Positions 25,607 through 38,230 are shown, numbered from the whole stretch's first letter. The stretch is 63,968 bases of DNA, filler included, from Psammoneis japonica (GCA_008632985.1; 4 parts of 4 records of this genome joined end to end with filler, not necessarily neighbours in it), one strand, 5' to 3'. Notes: a model not told the origin generated them from the sequence alone. Made by a program: numbers and translations.

Positions 25607-25882
25607 TGACAGAAATTGAAGGCAAATGGCAAGAATTCAAACAATAACTCCTTACTGCTGTCTAAATAGCAGATGAGTCTCCGCTCAGAGACCGTCACAG
25701 GAGCGGAAAGACGTGTGAGTTGGTATAATCGGGCTGCTGTTGTTATTCTTGTGAGCCTTGTGGCTCGAAAGCAAACTACATCACGCGCGAACGCACGGAA
25801 CTAAAGCACACAAAACTGTGTGCGGTAAACTAAACAGCGCGCGACATGTCGCGCGCACCTAAATCCTGTTCAAATCCTGTCA
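25607..25882 (-). repeat. Copia A LTR (copy 1, 5')
   Basis: TGACAG...CTGTCA termini, ~276 bp, homologous to four other LTRs in the window. Confidence 0.95.
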
Positions 25883-27769
25883 GCAATGTTGTAAAAGGGG
25901 ACACGGCAATGGGGGCATTTGGGTTTGTCAGTGTTGGACCCAAGGGAGACAACGGAGGCAGAATCCAGAGGATGAGAGGAAAGAGATGTCCCACTGGGCC
26001 GGATGGGGAAGATGATTGGGTGTTGCGGTGCAAAATGTCAATGGGGAAGGGAGAACAGATGCAGCAGTGCAGTGCCGAGACAGGCAATGCTGAACATTGG
26101 TTTTGGAGTCAAAACCACATTGTCCGCAATGAGGACAACTAAAAGACTTGGTCAGAATGGCAGAATGGAGGCAGTCAGTTGTGATGTGCCTGCTGAGACC
26201 ATGTTCGGAAAAGAAACCAGTTCGTTTGCACCAAGGACAAACAAGACCATCAGACAATGTGGCCGATGCACAGAGACAAAGGAGTGTTAAAAAGAGAATC
26301 AAACAGAACAGCATGTGCAGCAACAATCACTTGGGGATTCAGTGAGTGTAGAAATGCAGGACGAGAAAAAAGGTGCGATGGGGGAAGGCACATGGAGAGA
26401 AGGATGGAATGGGCAGAGAGAGAAAATTTAGAAGGCAAGCAGAATCTACCTTGACAAATGTGTGAGGCGATTTTGACGCAGAAAATTGATTGACACACAA
26501 TCCAGAAATTAACATGCAATTAAACAAACACACAAGGCTTGTCCAAAGGGGGGCAAACAGTCAAATTGGGGAATGGAGATGTTTGTTGTTGAATGTTTGA
26601 CAATTACAAACTTGACAAATCAGCATGATCTTGGATTAAATGGAGAACATGTCGGGATTTGTTTCAAGAAATCTTTGACGGCTGGTGCAACACCTGGATC
26701 ATTGGTGTCCCAGATGTTGGTTGTGCTGTGCCAGTAAAATTTTTTGTGGGTGCTTTCTGGCTGGATGATGTGGAGGCAGCCTTCTTGCATCTAATTTGCA
26801 GCTGGTGGCAACATGTGAGAACAGCTGCACAATGTGGGTTTTGCAGGTTTGAAAAGCTGGTGGCTCACTTGAGTGTGCTGTGTTGGTCAGATTTCCTTTT
26901 GGCTGCTTGTTGCATGATGTGGAGGCAGCTTTCATGCATCTCTTGGGTGTGACTTTCTTTGCTTTGTGCAGAGTGTCACCCATTTTGTTGTTGTGTGACA
27001 AGCATCCTCACAGCTCTTGCTGGGATCTGAAAAGGCATCACCATGTGAGTGGTCTCAGGCACAACTTCTCTAGCCTGCAAAGCCCAAGAGGGCAAGTTTT
27101 TCACCGTCACAAAAACACCTTTCTGTGGCCATCCCTGGGTTTTGACATGTGTCATCATTAGAGTTTTGCACTTGGAGAGGAACAGACCACATTTTGGGCA
27201 ACAATGTGGCTCTTGTGTGACATCATTTGTTTGATCACAAAATGACATGTGCCCCCAAGGTTTTTTTAGAAAGTCCTTTGTGCTGTGCTGTTTTTGTGTC
27301 TCATTTTCACATTGATCTCATTGACATGCTCAAGGTGGGAGTTTGGCTCCATTGCACAAATGAAACATGGCACAGACAAAAAGGGTGGGGCAGTGGGAAG
27401 CTGCTGCCAGCCAGGCTCTGCAACCTCTTCCTGAGAACTGGTGCACAACACCAGCAGCTTCGTGCACATCTCTCTGAGGCTGAGGCCCTGCAGCTGACAC
27501 ATGCACCCTTTCAACTCTGTGGTGCTGCACCTGGTTCAGGGCTTCTTTCCACTGAAATTGGGGTGGCAAGGTTTGGAGTTGGGGTTGGTTGGGAATCTTT
27601 GAAAAGCGGGGGGCTTGGCTCCAAACAGAGTTGGGGGCAAGCCACTCAGGTTCACATTTTTCTCAGAGAGAGCTTTGCCAACAAGCTCCTGCAGGGTCTG
27701 GACCAACACATCCAAACCAGGGCCACTTCCAATGGAGTCATTGCCAGGAGTGGGGAACAAGCTGTCTCA

Positions 27770-28560
27770 CACCAAAGTGAATGAGCCATGAGCTGAGGGG
27801 CTGGTTTTCACACAACTGTGTGATTTTTGTGAAGGAGGCACTGCTGAACAGTTCATGCTTGAGGACTTGTGTTTTCTCTTGGTTTTTGACAAAATCATGT
27901 TCGGGTTTGTGCACCTGGCAGTGCCCTGCCAAGTTTCAACCTGACTTCAAGAAAGGCATTTTCCTTGGCTTCCTCCCCAATGCCAGCAACAATGTCACAT
28001 GGTGCAATCTCCAGGGACATCTCAGGTCAAGATGGCTGGGATGTTGTTTTTGACAAGGAGGTGAATGACTTGAGACATTGTGAGATCCTTCCAAATGATG
28101 TTGCTCAGCTCCAGCACACCCAGAGCAGTGAGCCATTCCCATCTGGTTCCTGTCTGGAGCTGCTGAAACTTCTGCCAATCATTTTCATTTTGCTGGTGAC
28201 CCCTTTGCCAAGACCACAACCCAACATTTGGACTGGCTTTCAAGACCAGTGAGCTTTTTGGTTGTGCACGTGTTTTGGGTTGTTGCAGGGTGCAATCTCC
28301 AGGGAAATCTCAAGTCAAGATGGCTCTGGGATGCTCTTTTTGACAAGGAGGTGAACAACTTTGGACATTGTGAGATCTTTCCAAATGTTGCTCAGCTCTG
28401 GCACACCCAGAGCAGTGAGCCATTCCCAGCTGGAGCTGCTGAAACTCCTGCCAATCATTTCTGTTTTGCTGGTGACCCCTGTGCCAAGACCAAAACCCAA
28501 CATTTGGACTGGCTTTCAAGACCAGTGAGCTTCTTGGATGTGCACATGTTTTGGACATCA
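27770..28560 (+). pseudogene. Copia integrase C-terminal fragment with an internal ~290-bp tandem duplication
   Basis: CPAKFQPDFKKGIFLGFLPNASNNVTWC...VVFDKEVNDL resembles the end of the 50437-51951 integrase. The unit starting TGCAATCTCCAGGGA recurs at ~28003 and ~28291. Confidence 0.65.
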
Positions 28561-29587
28561 AGCACAACAGCTCTCTGCTTTGCAACTGCTTTCTTCTCTG
28601 AAAGCTGCTCAGAACAAGATCATCATGGCTTCTCACATTGCTTCCATGATTGATGGTGTTGATGTTTTTGCATGTGAGCTGGTCCTCTCTGAGCTTCAAT
28701 GACTCAATGACACTGACAACCCTGAGTTTGAGATCATGCTTCTACCCAAGCACTGCCAAAACTCTTGAGAGCTTCAGTGTGCTTTTGTGGAACACAATTT
28801 TTTGTGCGCTGTTGGAAAATGAGGAAGAACATGTGCCTGAGGTCACAATGGAGGGTGAAAGAGCTGCCACTGCTGTTGGACTTCTGGAGTCATCACAATG
28901 GCTCTCAACAATGCAGCAATGACACCACATGTCAACCAACATGGATCATGATGCAACAGCAGGGGCACACACTTTCAGATTTCCCACATGACTCATCAAT
29001 TGTTGTGTTGCTGCCAGTGTGGTGTGGCTTGCTCATGCACAAAAAATGAACCCTTTAGAGTGTGGCCACACCTGAAAGAGTTGCTAAAAATGACTTTGGC
29101 TCAAGCTTGATGAGCACTTTGTTGGTGCCATCTGGCTTGAAGCTGCTGATGAGAACAATCTCTAGAACAGAGAACTTTGCCAGAAAAAAAACAACTTGTG
29201 CAGTTGGCAGTGACTGAAGAACAAAAGTTGGAGGAAGGCACACCTGCATTGCATCTGCTTTCAAAGCCAGAAGATGTGATTTTTGTGGTCTGTGCAGTTG
29301 TCAGTGGTCAAATGTCCAAAATCCAAATCAATCTTGGCTCTGATGAGAATGCAGAAAAAGCCCCTGACAGAAATTGAAGGCAAATGGCAAGAATTCAAAC
29401 AATGACTCCTTGCTGCTGTCTAAACAGCAGATGAGTCTCCGCTCAGAGACCGTTGCAGGAGCCGAAAGACGTGCAAGTCAGTGCAATCGGGCTGCTGTTG
29501 TTATTCTTGTGAGCCTTGTGGCTCGAAAGCAAACTGCATCGCACGCGAACACGCGAAACTAAAGAACACAAAACTGTGCGCGGTGAG

Positions 29588-32500
29588 CTAAACAGCACAC
29601 AACATTTCGCGCGCACCCAAATCCTGTTCAAATCCTGTCACTCCCCAGTTTGCTTGAGGAGCTACAGAAACAGATTCGACTTTGGATGGAATGAAGTTCC
29701 AGAACATGAGGGGGCGGAGAAGGTCCCAGAATTGGGAGTGACCCCAATGCTTGCTGAGAATGTCAGCAGGGTTGCGGGAGCCTTCGATGAAGTGGAACTC
29801 AAGGTAACCAGAGGCAATTGCCTCACGCACACGGTGGAACGACAGTGCGGTGTGTCGCTTGTGTAACTTGGAGTGCGGGATGGTGGCACTGTCTACAACC
29901 GACTTGTTGTCACCGAACATGTAACTGATGTCACGGATCGGGATGCCAAGGTAGCGCAGGGTGATGCGCAGGTCAACAATCTGCTTGACACAAGACCTTG
30001 CGGCAACAAATTCAGACCCGTAGGTCGCAGTCTCCATGGTGGCTTGCTTCTTAGAGAACCAATCAGCCGGGAATTTGTTGAGGAAGTGGAGCATTCCCAT
30101 GACAGAGCGTCCGGTGAGCATGCAATGGTACAAGTTTGCATCAACGTAGTGGGTGGTGGTGACGAACTTGCCAAGGGGCAGTGGAGCGTCCTTCGGGATC
30201 ATCTCTTCTGCTTCCCCATACACGGAATGCATCCATTCATGGGCCGGAGCAGGGAGATTCGAACAGTCCGGCTCTTCCGTGCAAACGCGGAGAGCACCGT
30301 GTCGCATCTTGGAGAGGTGCCCACAGACGCGTTTGGCACGATCCAAGTGGCCTTGACGGGGCGCAGCTCGGAAGCTAGAGAGTGACATGACGGCCGTGGC
30401 AATGTCAATTCGACCAAGGGACACTGCCCATTGGAGTGAACCAACAAGAGACTGGAACTGGTGAATGCCATCGGGCCCCAGCAGTTCGGAAGTGTCCAGT
30501 TCGGGGTGGTCACCCTTCTCCAGAGGTGACAGGGCGTTGGTGGTGGGTTTCTCCCCAAACAGTCGTGTGTAGCTGTCGACCATGCACTCGATTTACTTGC
30601 GTGGAGACGGGCACAAGGTGCCATCAGGATCCCGGGAAAAGTCGCAGCCCAGATGGAACTCAATCGGTCCCGCACCCTTGAGCTTGAACTTGCACTTTTC
30701 CGTGAGAGTGTCGACGAAAGATTGAGGGTCCTTCATGGCAATGGCGAGGTCATCCACATAAACGGCAATGCATTCGCAGTGGTCGCCGTTCCTGTGCATC
30801 CAAATGTCGGGTTCGGCGCAGCAGGGGAAGAAACCTTCAGCTCGTAGGCAGTCGGCGAAGCGCTCATGCCAGCGGAGGCCGGAGCTGTGCAGTCCATACA
30901 GGGCCTTGTGGATAACAAGGATGTGGCCTTCGAGTTTGCCAAATTCGGGTCCGGCTACAATGTAGAGCTTCTCCTTGGTTGTGGCTTCAAGGCAGGCATT
31001 GCCAATGTCGGTGGCCCATGTCTCCAACTCGTTGAGTTCGGCCAGGAAAATCATCAGCCGAAGGCCACGGAGGGAGACTACTCCAGAGTAGACACTGTCG
31101 ATGGGTACGTCCGTGAGGTGCCCATCGGCTACGAGTCGTGCCTTGTGGCGACCGTCGTGTTTCACGTCGTGCACTGGGTGCACTCGGATCTTCTTGTGTC
31201 CCGCAGGAGGAGTGGAAGACTCGGAGGGCCCGCAGTCATGGAAGACTTCGTATTCCTCGAGTTGGTCCATCTCGAGATTAGTTGCGTCTCCCCATTTGCG
31301 GTTGCCGTTGCGTTCGTCTAGTGACATGGCGTGTTTGCAGTTCCGGGGAACTTCGCATCCGTACTTGTAGCGAGGTGCAGTGCGGAAGGAGCGAAGCTTG
31401 GCTTGGTTGGCCATGCGGAACAGCTTCTTCTGGCACCTCGCGATGGTGCGGAACCGCTTCCAGCCATCAGTGTCGAGAAGTCCGTTCTCTCGTGCATAGA
31501 TGGCGCAGGTGACAGGGTCGTCCTTGGCGATGATGGCAAGAGGCTCGGACATGATCTCCCCACTTTCCCATTCAAGCACAATGTTGTAGCTTGAGCCTTT
31601 CCAGGTTGGGTCATGAGGCTTCAGAGGTCCTTCGTGTGACACAATGCGTCAAAATTTCCAAACAGCAGTGTCTTCGTCTTCTTGCTCAATGTGATTCATG
31701 ATGTCGTTGCAGGCCAGGACTTCCTCGCATTCATCGTTGTTGACAGAGCAGACGAACTTAGTGAGCTGGGGATTGCCGTTCACTTTCCATTCGTGGTCTT
31801 CAACGGCCTTGACGATGCGAGCTCTGTGGCATTGTCCGTCCTCTTGTGGCTGCATGAGGAAGGTGCGTCCGATGATGTCTTGCGGATCAAAAACTGGCAT
31901 CTTGGGTGTCCTGATCTCCCCATCAGGTGAATCGACGGGGTTGTCGTCATGGCGAGATTTGATGATGGGTTCAGGCAGCTCCCCATCAGGAGGATCAAGA
32001 CGCAGGTTTCGAACGGCAGGATCGGTGGTAGCGGATCGTACGTTGGACCGGCAGAGGATCTTCTGAGTCTCGTCAGAGAGAATCTTGAAGGTCATCTGGT
32101 GGCCGACGTGCTCCGCAATGCCAACAAAGCGTCCACGCAACTCACGGGATTCGGACGGCCAATCGGAGTCATCGAGGTGGAAGCACACGGGTTCCCACCA
32201 GTGAAAGCGAAGCAATGGGCTGATGTCTGGGGTGGAGCCAGTGAGAGTCTCGAGGGGCATGCAACAGTGGAGAAGTGGGGACGCTGTGTGGTTGAGTGTG
32301 AAGCACACGCACATGAGCGCCAGCAGCCATGTGTGGGCAGGCGAACCGAAACAATCCATGACAGTGTTCGCCATGCGCTTCACGGTCTGGTGTCGACGTT
32401 CGGCAAAGTCTTGGTGTTGCTGGTGAGGCTCACTTTGCCAGCTGGAGACAAAGAGGGCTCGTAGGATCCCGAGCACCTTGTTGCTGATCTCAACTTGAGC

Positions 32501-35257
32501 ACGGTCGCTAATGAGTTTGGATGGAGCACCACGCTCACGGATCTGATCCTCGAGTGTGTTGACAAACTCTTTGTCCGTTTTGGTGCCGTAGACATCAGTG
32601 ACGGTAGACTCAGTGCCAACAAACAGTTGGGCGCTGGTGCAACCAGAGTCGACGGCCGGGGTGTCAGCATGAACTGTGTCAGTGGCGATGGGCTCGTTGC
32701 GGTGGTGCACATTAAGGGTGGGGTTGGGCGATTTGTGGGCCTTCCCAAGGTGTGTGCCGGCGGGCATGCGGGCACACTGCGTGGTGCAGTTGAAAGTACG
32801 ACGAACCGCATCGGCAGGTTGGAAGCCAAAGCAAGGCCAAAGAGACTCGAAGGGGGGGTCCTTGGGCTGCACAGTGCGCTCCGGGGGCGGAACATCATCG
32901 TCCTTGGGGTCAATTGTGTGTAGATGACACTCGTAGAACACGTCGTCGTTCGGAATGAGGTGGTCATCGAGGGCGGACACGTGATCGGCAGACAAGGAGG
33001 CGGACATGATGGTCTTGTTGACAACAACACGATGACGGTAGTTGCCGCATTCGTTAAATGGGTTGGCAGTGGGATCGTCCTGTAGGTCAGAGATCGCGTC
33101 GCACCACTGGCAGTCGTCAGTGACAGAGTGATCAAGGACGGAAGGATCCCATGTGTCATCACCAGTGAGGATGACATGGGGCAGGGTGTCCCATTCGGCG
33201 TCAGTGCAAGGTCGCATGGCAACATGAGGCAGGCCGCCCTTGATGTCAATTGGGATGACATGGCCATCAGGGGTGGCAATGCGTTGCAAGCCGTTGGGCA
33301 CCTTGACAGAGCGATCGTTGACATCATGTTTGTGCCATTCGAGCTGGCCGCAGGAATGAATGGTCTTGCCCTTTCCCATGCATGCGCACTGATGGAGGAT
33401 GGCGATGACGGGACCACGCTGTGTCTCAATGATGGCACCAGCGGTGACAACAGGGATGTCCACCAATTGATGGTCGTCAATGCCCTGAACGTCGACTTGG
33501 TGAGAGGTGCGTGCAATGACGCGAACGTCGTCGCCAGCAATGCCGCCGTTGGCCCCACAATCGACCAGAGCACCAGTGCATGTGGAGCGATGAGAGGAGG
33601 CAGAGCAAATGACATTGTGGTTGTCAACGCAGCAGCAAGTGCGGCCGTTAAGTTCTGTGTCATCGGAAGGAGCGGGCGAGGCAGAGGGAGCGGTGGATGG
33701 CCCCGGTCGACCAGCGTTGGGGGCTTGGTTAGGAGACAACAGGCGTTGCAGATCACCGGGTGGCAGTGGCTTGCGCTTGGTGAGGTGCGCCAGGATGGGA
33801 TTGTCTGAAGTGGCATCCACATTTGGAGCGGGGTCACCAGAGTCAGCAGGAGTCGTGTTGGACAAGTTGACATCACCGTCACTCCCAAGGCATTGGTCGT
33901 GAAGGTTGGCCGTAACGGACTCATGGCAGTTGCTAGCTCGCGGGTTGCGGGGAGGCGGATGAGAATGCTCAAGGATGATCGCCTTGGAGGAATGGGGCAA
34001 TGAATCCCAAATCTGTTGGTGGTCGGGAGGGAGACGTTTCCATTGGTCACCGGTGAGGCTGGGACCGCGGGTGCAGGCAGCGTCAGCCTGAAGGATGTCA
34101 ATGTCGCTGTTGATGTCATAGAACACATCATCGGATGGTTCCTCGGAGTAGACATCATGTGCATGTGTGGCGCGTCGGGGAGCTCGAGGTGTCGTCTTGG
34201 GTTGAAACATGCTGTGGCATTGAGCTGCCGCGGAGAGGAGCAAGCCACAATGTTGATCGTATGTGAGGCTCTTGCCACTCTGCGTGCGATGCTGATCAGC
34301 TTGGTTCTTGACCGCGCGGAGTTCCTCGACAGGATGTGTGGCATTCTCGAGCATGACGCGCTTCTGCCCTTCAGAGAAGTGATCACTGGCCGGGATGAGT
34401 GCCTCGTACTTGCGCAACTGATCTTGCCAATGAAGGATGAACCCGTGGGTCGGACCTTTCCAAGCACCATCACCAAGACGTGCGGTGGCAAGGCACGTGA
34501 GCAAGGTGGAGGACTCGACAGAAGCGCGGGTGGAGGCGAGCGCATGCTCGGACAAGGCGCGGCAGACGGTCTGGGCGTCAGAAGACCCCACATTTTCGCG
34601 AATGAGAGCCTTGCCCTTGTCGGTGAGAAGGATGCATTCAAAGATGGCGAACATGCACTTTTGCTGTTCAGCAAAGAGCAGTTTGTCTTCAGGGCTGGTC
34701 GGTTTGCACGACGAGTCTAGAATGCACTCGACGTCTTGGGCACGGGCTTGTGCCACAAGTGAGGTGTGCCAAGTGTGCCACTGCTTGTCAGATTTGAGAG
34801 CGGTGAAAGTGGTTGGGTCACGCTTGATGCCTCGCTTGAAGTCTTGCACTGGGTTGCGTGCCTTGGTCGGGTTGGTGATGTGCGGAGGTGCGAGGGGCGA
34901 GCTGCCGACGGACACAGAAGACATGCAGTCGGGGCTGAGGCGGTGGGCAAGGAACTCCTCATGCGTGAACAACGAGGAGTCATTGGCAACGTCAAGACCT
35001 TCATGTGCTTTGACAATGTACAGACTAACTAGAGCTGCTAACATGTTCTTATAACCGTGGGGCAAAGGGATCACATTGGTGCTGTTGTCGCACTCAAGCG
35101 AGTCGATTTGGGAGGGTATGAACGTGAACAGTTCTTGATGCGAGTCGGTGCCATCGTGGGTCAAAGCCAAACGAAGAGGGCTCCCAGCACCTTGGGCAAG
35201 CACGGTTCCAACAACGTGCTTGAAACCATCGGTTTGTTGCTGACGAGTGAGAACCAT
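29588..35257 (-). pseudogene. Copia A gag-pol polyprotein (~1890 codons), single frame, two premature stops
   Basis: ORFs 31649..35266, 30593..31642 and 29588..30583 are in one frame. The stop at 31649 is CGA->TGA and the stop at 30593 is TAC->TAA relative to sister copies. Confidence 0.92.
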
Positions 35258-36183
35258 GGCAGACAAAAGTGGTGTCAGGACAAGCGATTCTTGTTGGGAC
35301 GCGAAGGTAGACTTGAAACTTGGGTGAGAATGGACTTGACTTGAAACAGACTTGACTTGAAATCTTGAACTACCTTAAAATCAGAAGTCGCCGGGCTGTG
35401 CTGTCCCGTTCGTTGTTAAGTGCTAAACTTCCTATCCGGTCCGTAGAGTTGTGCCGGCACGTCCAAACCCGCAGCTGGTGGCACTTTGGGTTGCTTACGA
35501 GCAGAGTAGCGGGTTGTAAACCCCTGCAGGTGAGCTGACTAGAGGTGGACAAGACCCCCGAACCGTTCTCATTTTACATCGGTTGGATTTCCCGATCAGG
35601 CTGGCCAGTTGACGTAGGCATTAGGCACTGTGGACGAACGAACAAACGCGGGAAAAACACCCTCGCCCCAATGTAGGCTGTAATCACGGCCACTTGCTCT
35701 CACAGTCGTCCTCGTGGACCTAGTGGAACTGTAGAGCACCAGCAGTCCAGGGTAGATCAGGTACAATGGACTCGGTGTGCTTGTAGAGTGGTGGCAAAGC
35801 CGTAGTCCAAAGAGTGGGTTCAAGTCCTTGGCCGTGAAGATGTGTATATATATGTATATGTCTTCAGCGACGAAGATTCTTGAATGTGTAGGGTTCTTGA
35901 CCGTTAACCGTTGAATGGGTATATCAAGGGATGAGGATCAAGGATAGACTTGGATGTGACCGTTGAATGTATGTCTTCAGCGATAAAAGGTAGTATAATC
36001 AATCCAGATGTCCAGCGGTAAGGAGACTTGACGGTGACGTTAAATTCCTGCCGATGCCTGGTATTGAATGCGCGTAGACTTGCCGATGTACGTAGAATAT
36101 ATACGGAGGTCAACGCAGAATTGAAACAGCGTCGTCGGTAAATCAACGATGACGATGGCGGTTGCTCAATGGGTTGACAATGA

Positions 36184-36198
36184 GCAAGACTGTTAATC
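36184..36198 (-). promoter_or_regulatory. Putative primer-binding site complementary to the anticodon arm of tRNA-Asn(GUU)
   Basis: GATTAACAGTCTTGC directly abuts the 5' LTR and is identical in all three copies (also 25592-25606 and 48515-48529). Its complement GCAAGACT-GTT-AATC reads as an anticodon stem-loop. Confidence 0.65.
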
Positions 36199-37237
36199 TG
36201 ACAGAAATTGAAGGCAAATGGCAAGAATTCAAACAACAACTCCTCACTGCTGTCTAAACAGCAGATGAGTCTCCGCTCAGAGACCGTTGCAGGAGCCGAA
36301 AGACGTGTAAGTCGGCACAATTGGGCCACTGTTGTCATTCTTGTGAGCCTTGTGGCTCGAAAGCAAACTACATCGCGCGCGAACGCGCGGAACTAAAGCA
36401 CACAAAACTGTGCGCGGTAAACTAAACAGCGCGACATTTCGCGCACACCCAAATCCTGTTCAAATCCTGTCAGCCCCCACTTCTTGTTTTTGGTTTCATT
36501 TTGCAGCTTGTCTTCTCACCTTGGTTTTGAGTCTTTTCTTTTTTGCATTTCTGTGCATTGTTTGAGCATGTGGGGCAGAGACCAGCAGGAAAGAAATGTG
36601 GGGCAGAGACCAGAAGTGCTGTGTTGGTTTTCTTGAAAATGCAGTGGAGTGGCCTCATGCTCTCTTCACAATGTGACAAGCTTTTGCACCAGAAATGACA
36701 TCATGAAGAGAGCCATTGCACTCTCACCTGGATCACCCAAAGTTGCCATGGTTGTCATGCTGCAAGTGCTGAGAGGAAATGAATCTTTGGCTGAAAATCA
36801 AAAGCTGTTTGGGCCAGATTCAAGCAAAAGAGCAAAGGGGTTTGCTGCCTCAAGAAGGAAGAATCGTTGAGCAGAGGTTTGTTTCATGTGAGCTCAAAGT
36901 TTTTGGAAAAGAACCCACCAGATGCTTCTCTGACAGAGTGCACACATTTGACAAAGCCAGAGTGCACAGCAGATGATGTCACACAGCCACACACAATGAT
37001 TGGCGCGGCAACTGTGATGGTTGTGTCTGTGGCCAGTCAAGTGCCAATTGTTGGCAAAACTTGGCAAACATCAAATCATCCTTTCTGCCACTGCAGTGCA
37101 GCCCCAGTGAGGAGCATTTTGCTGCTGAAACAAAAATGTTGCTGCAGCAAGAGTTGGTCCAGCTGTTCATGGCCAGCCAACTCAACCAGGGCTTGGGCAA
37201 AAATGTGAGCTTTGTGCCAAAAAGCTGCTGCAATCTC

Positions 37238-37337
37238 NNNNNNNNNNNNNNNNNNNNNNNNNNNNNNNNNNNNNNNNNNNNTTAATTAATTAANNNNNNN
37301 NNNNNNNNNNNNNNNNNNNNNNNNNNNNNNNNNNNNN
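37238..37337. other. Artificial contig spacer
   Basis: Same 100-bp N/TTAATTAATTAA/N linker. Confidence 0.98.
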
Positions 37338-38230
37338 GAGAATGCAGGGAAGACGCCAAGCTGTGATGTCCTGGACATCCAAAGGCAGGCTGTGAATGCT
37401 GGGAGCAGTGAGTGAAAATGTGGGGAGGAAGCACTGATCCTTGAGTGGTGCCATGTCCAGGGTAACCTCTGCCAGCACATCCGCAGCTGGCAGGTTGAGT
37501 TGGAGAAGGTTGAGTTGGACCGGGTGCAAATCAACATCATTGTTGACAAGGCTGTTGACAGTGTGTTGAAGCACAAGGCACAAGATGATGCAAAGGTGGA
37601 CAAGGAACTCAATGCCTTTGAACATTTGTCCCTCTCTGAGGACTCAGATGCTGACACTGATGATGTGAAAGTGAACCGCTTCTGATGTGTTGGCCGACAT
37701 GGCAGTGATCTACACAACTTCAGTGGCTTGGACGAATGTCTCAACACTCAAGTGCAGTCTTCATGCAGCCATGTTGCAGGCCAATTGCACAAATGCTCTA
37801 AGTTGGAGCATTTGTGTCCCACACTGTTTGTCTGGCTGAACACCAGACACAGTGAAAAAGACAGACAAATGGCAAAGGCTCTTTTAGATGGTGGTGCCAG
37901 TGGCACGCTAGTGTCTTCTAAGTTTGCAAAATGTCTGAGACACAAAGAGTCAACCAAAATGACCTGGGACACTGCCGCTGGTGCATTTTCTACTTTTCTG
38001 GGATGTGGAATGGACATGACATTTCTTGAGGTGTCACCTGCAGCAGAAACCAGGCAACAATTTTTCCACACACATGACGGAGACCCAGCAGGATGGTGTG
38101 ACATGATCATTGGACATGACATGCTCAAACCTCTGCTGGGCACAGATGTTGTGTTCTCCAAACAGGCTGTCAAATGACCTGGGGTTAATGTGGATGTTCC
38201 CATGAGGAGTGTTGACTCCACCATTGAAAC
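37338..38230 (+). pseudogene. Gypsy gag C-terminus and aspartic protease fragment
   Basis: ELNAFEHLSLSEDSD*, then ALLDGGASGTL...WDTAAGAF...CDMIIGHDML. Homologous to 63228-63700. Confidence 0.8.

Larger units (their letters stand above)
18700..25882 (-). mobile_element. Ty1/copia family A, copy 1 (3' LTR cut off by the contig end)
   Basis: 5' LTR at 25607-25882. gag-pol runs from ATG 24267 in copia order: PR (LVDRGANGG), IN (ISDRAQVE, QNFAERR), RT (HKARL, TDIGNA, YVDD), RH (YVDAN, GDNKSV, NPADIL). Frameshifts near 24235 and 21865, stop at 19572. Confidence 0.95.
29365..36472 (-). mobile_element. Ty1/copia family A, copy 2, full length (7108 bp)
   Basis: LTRs at 29365-29640 and 36199-36472. 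5-bp TSD GCCCC on both sides. PPT (ACTGGGGAG on the minus strand) next to the 3' LTR, PBS next to the 5' LTR. Confidence 0.97.

Noticed and set aside
32380..34674. 764-aa Ser/Pro/Thr-rich ORF and similar long alternate-frame or antisense ORFs as real genes
   Set aside because: They overlap copia gag-pol, have no recognisable domain, differ in extent between copies and are explained by stop-codon loss.
29588..35257. Alternative genetic code (Cys/His codons read as Tyr)
   Set aside because: The same position is Tyr, Cys or His in different copies, non-coding DNA is equally affected, and the host gene uses TAY normally.
36160..36198. tRNA gene
   Set aside because: Only a D-arm/anticodon-like half is present, with no T-arm or acceptor stem. 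Better read as a primer-binding site.
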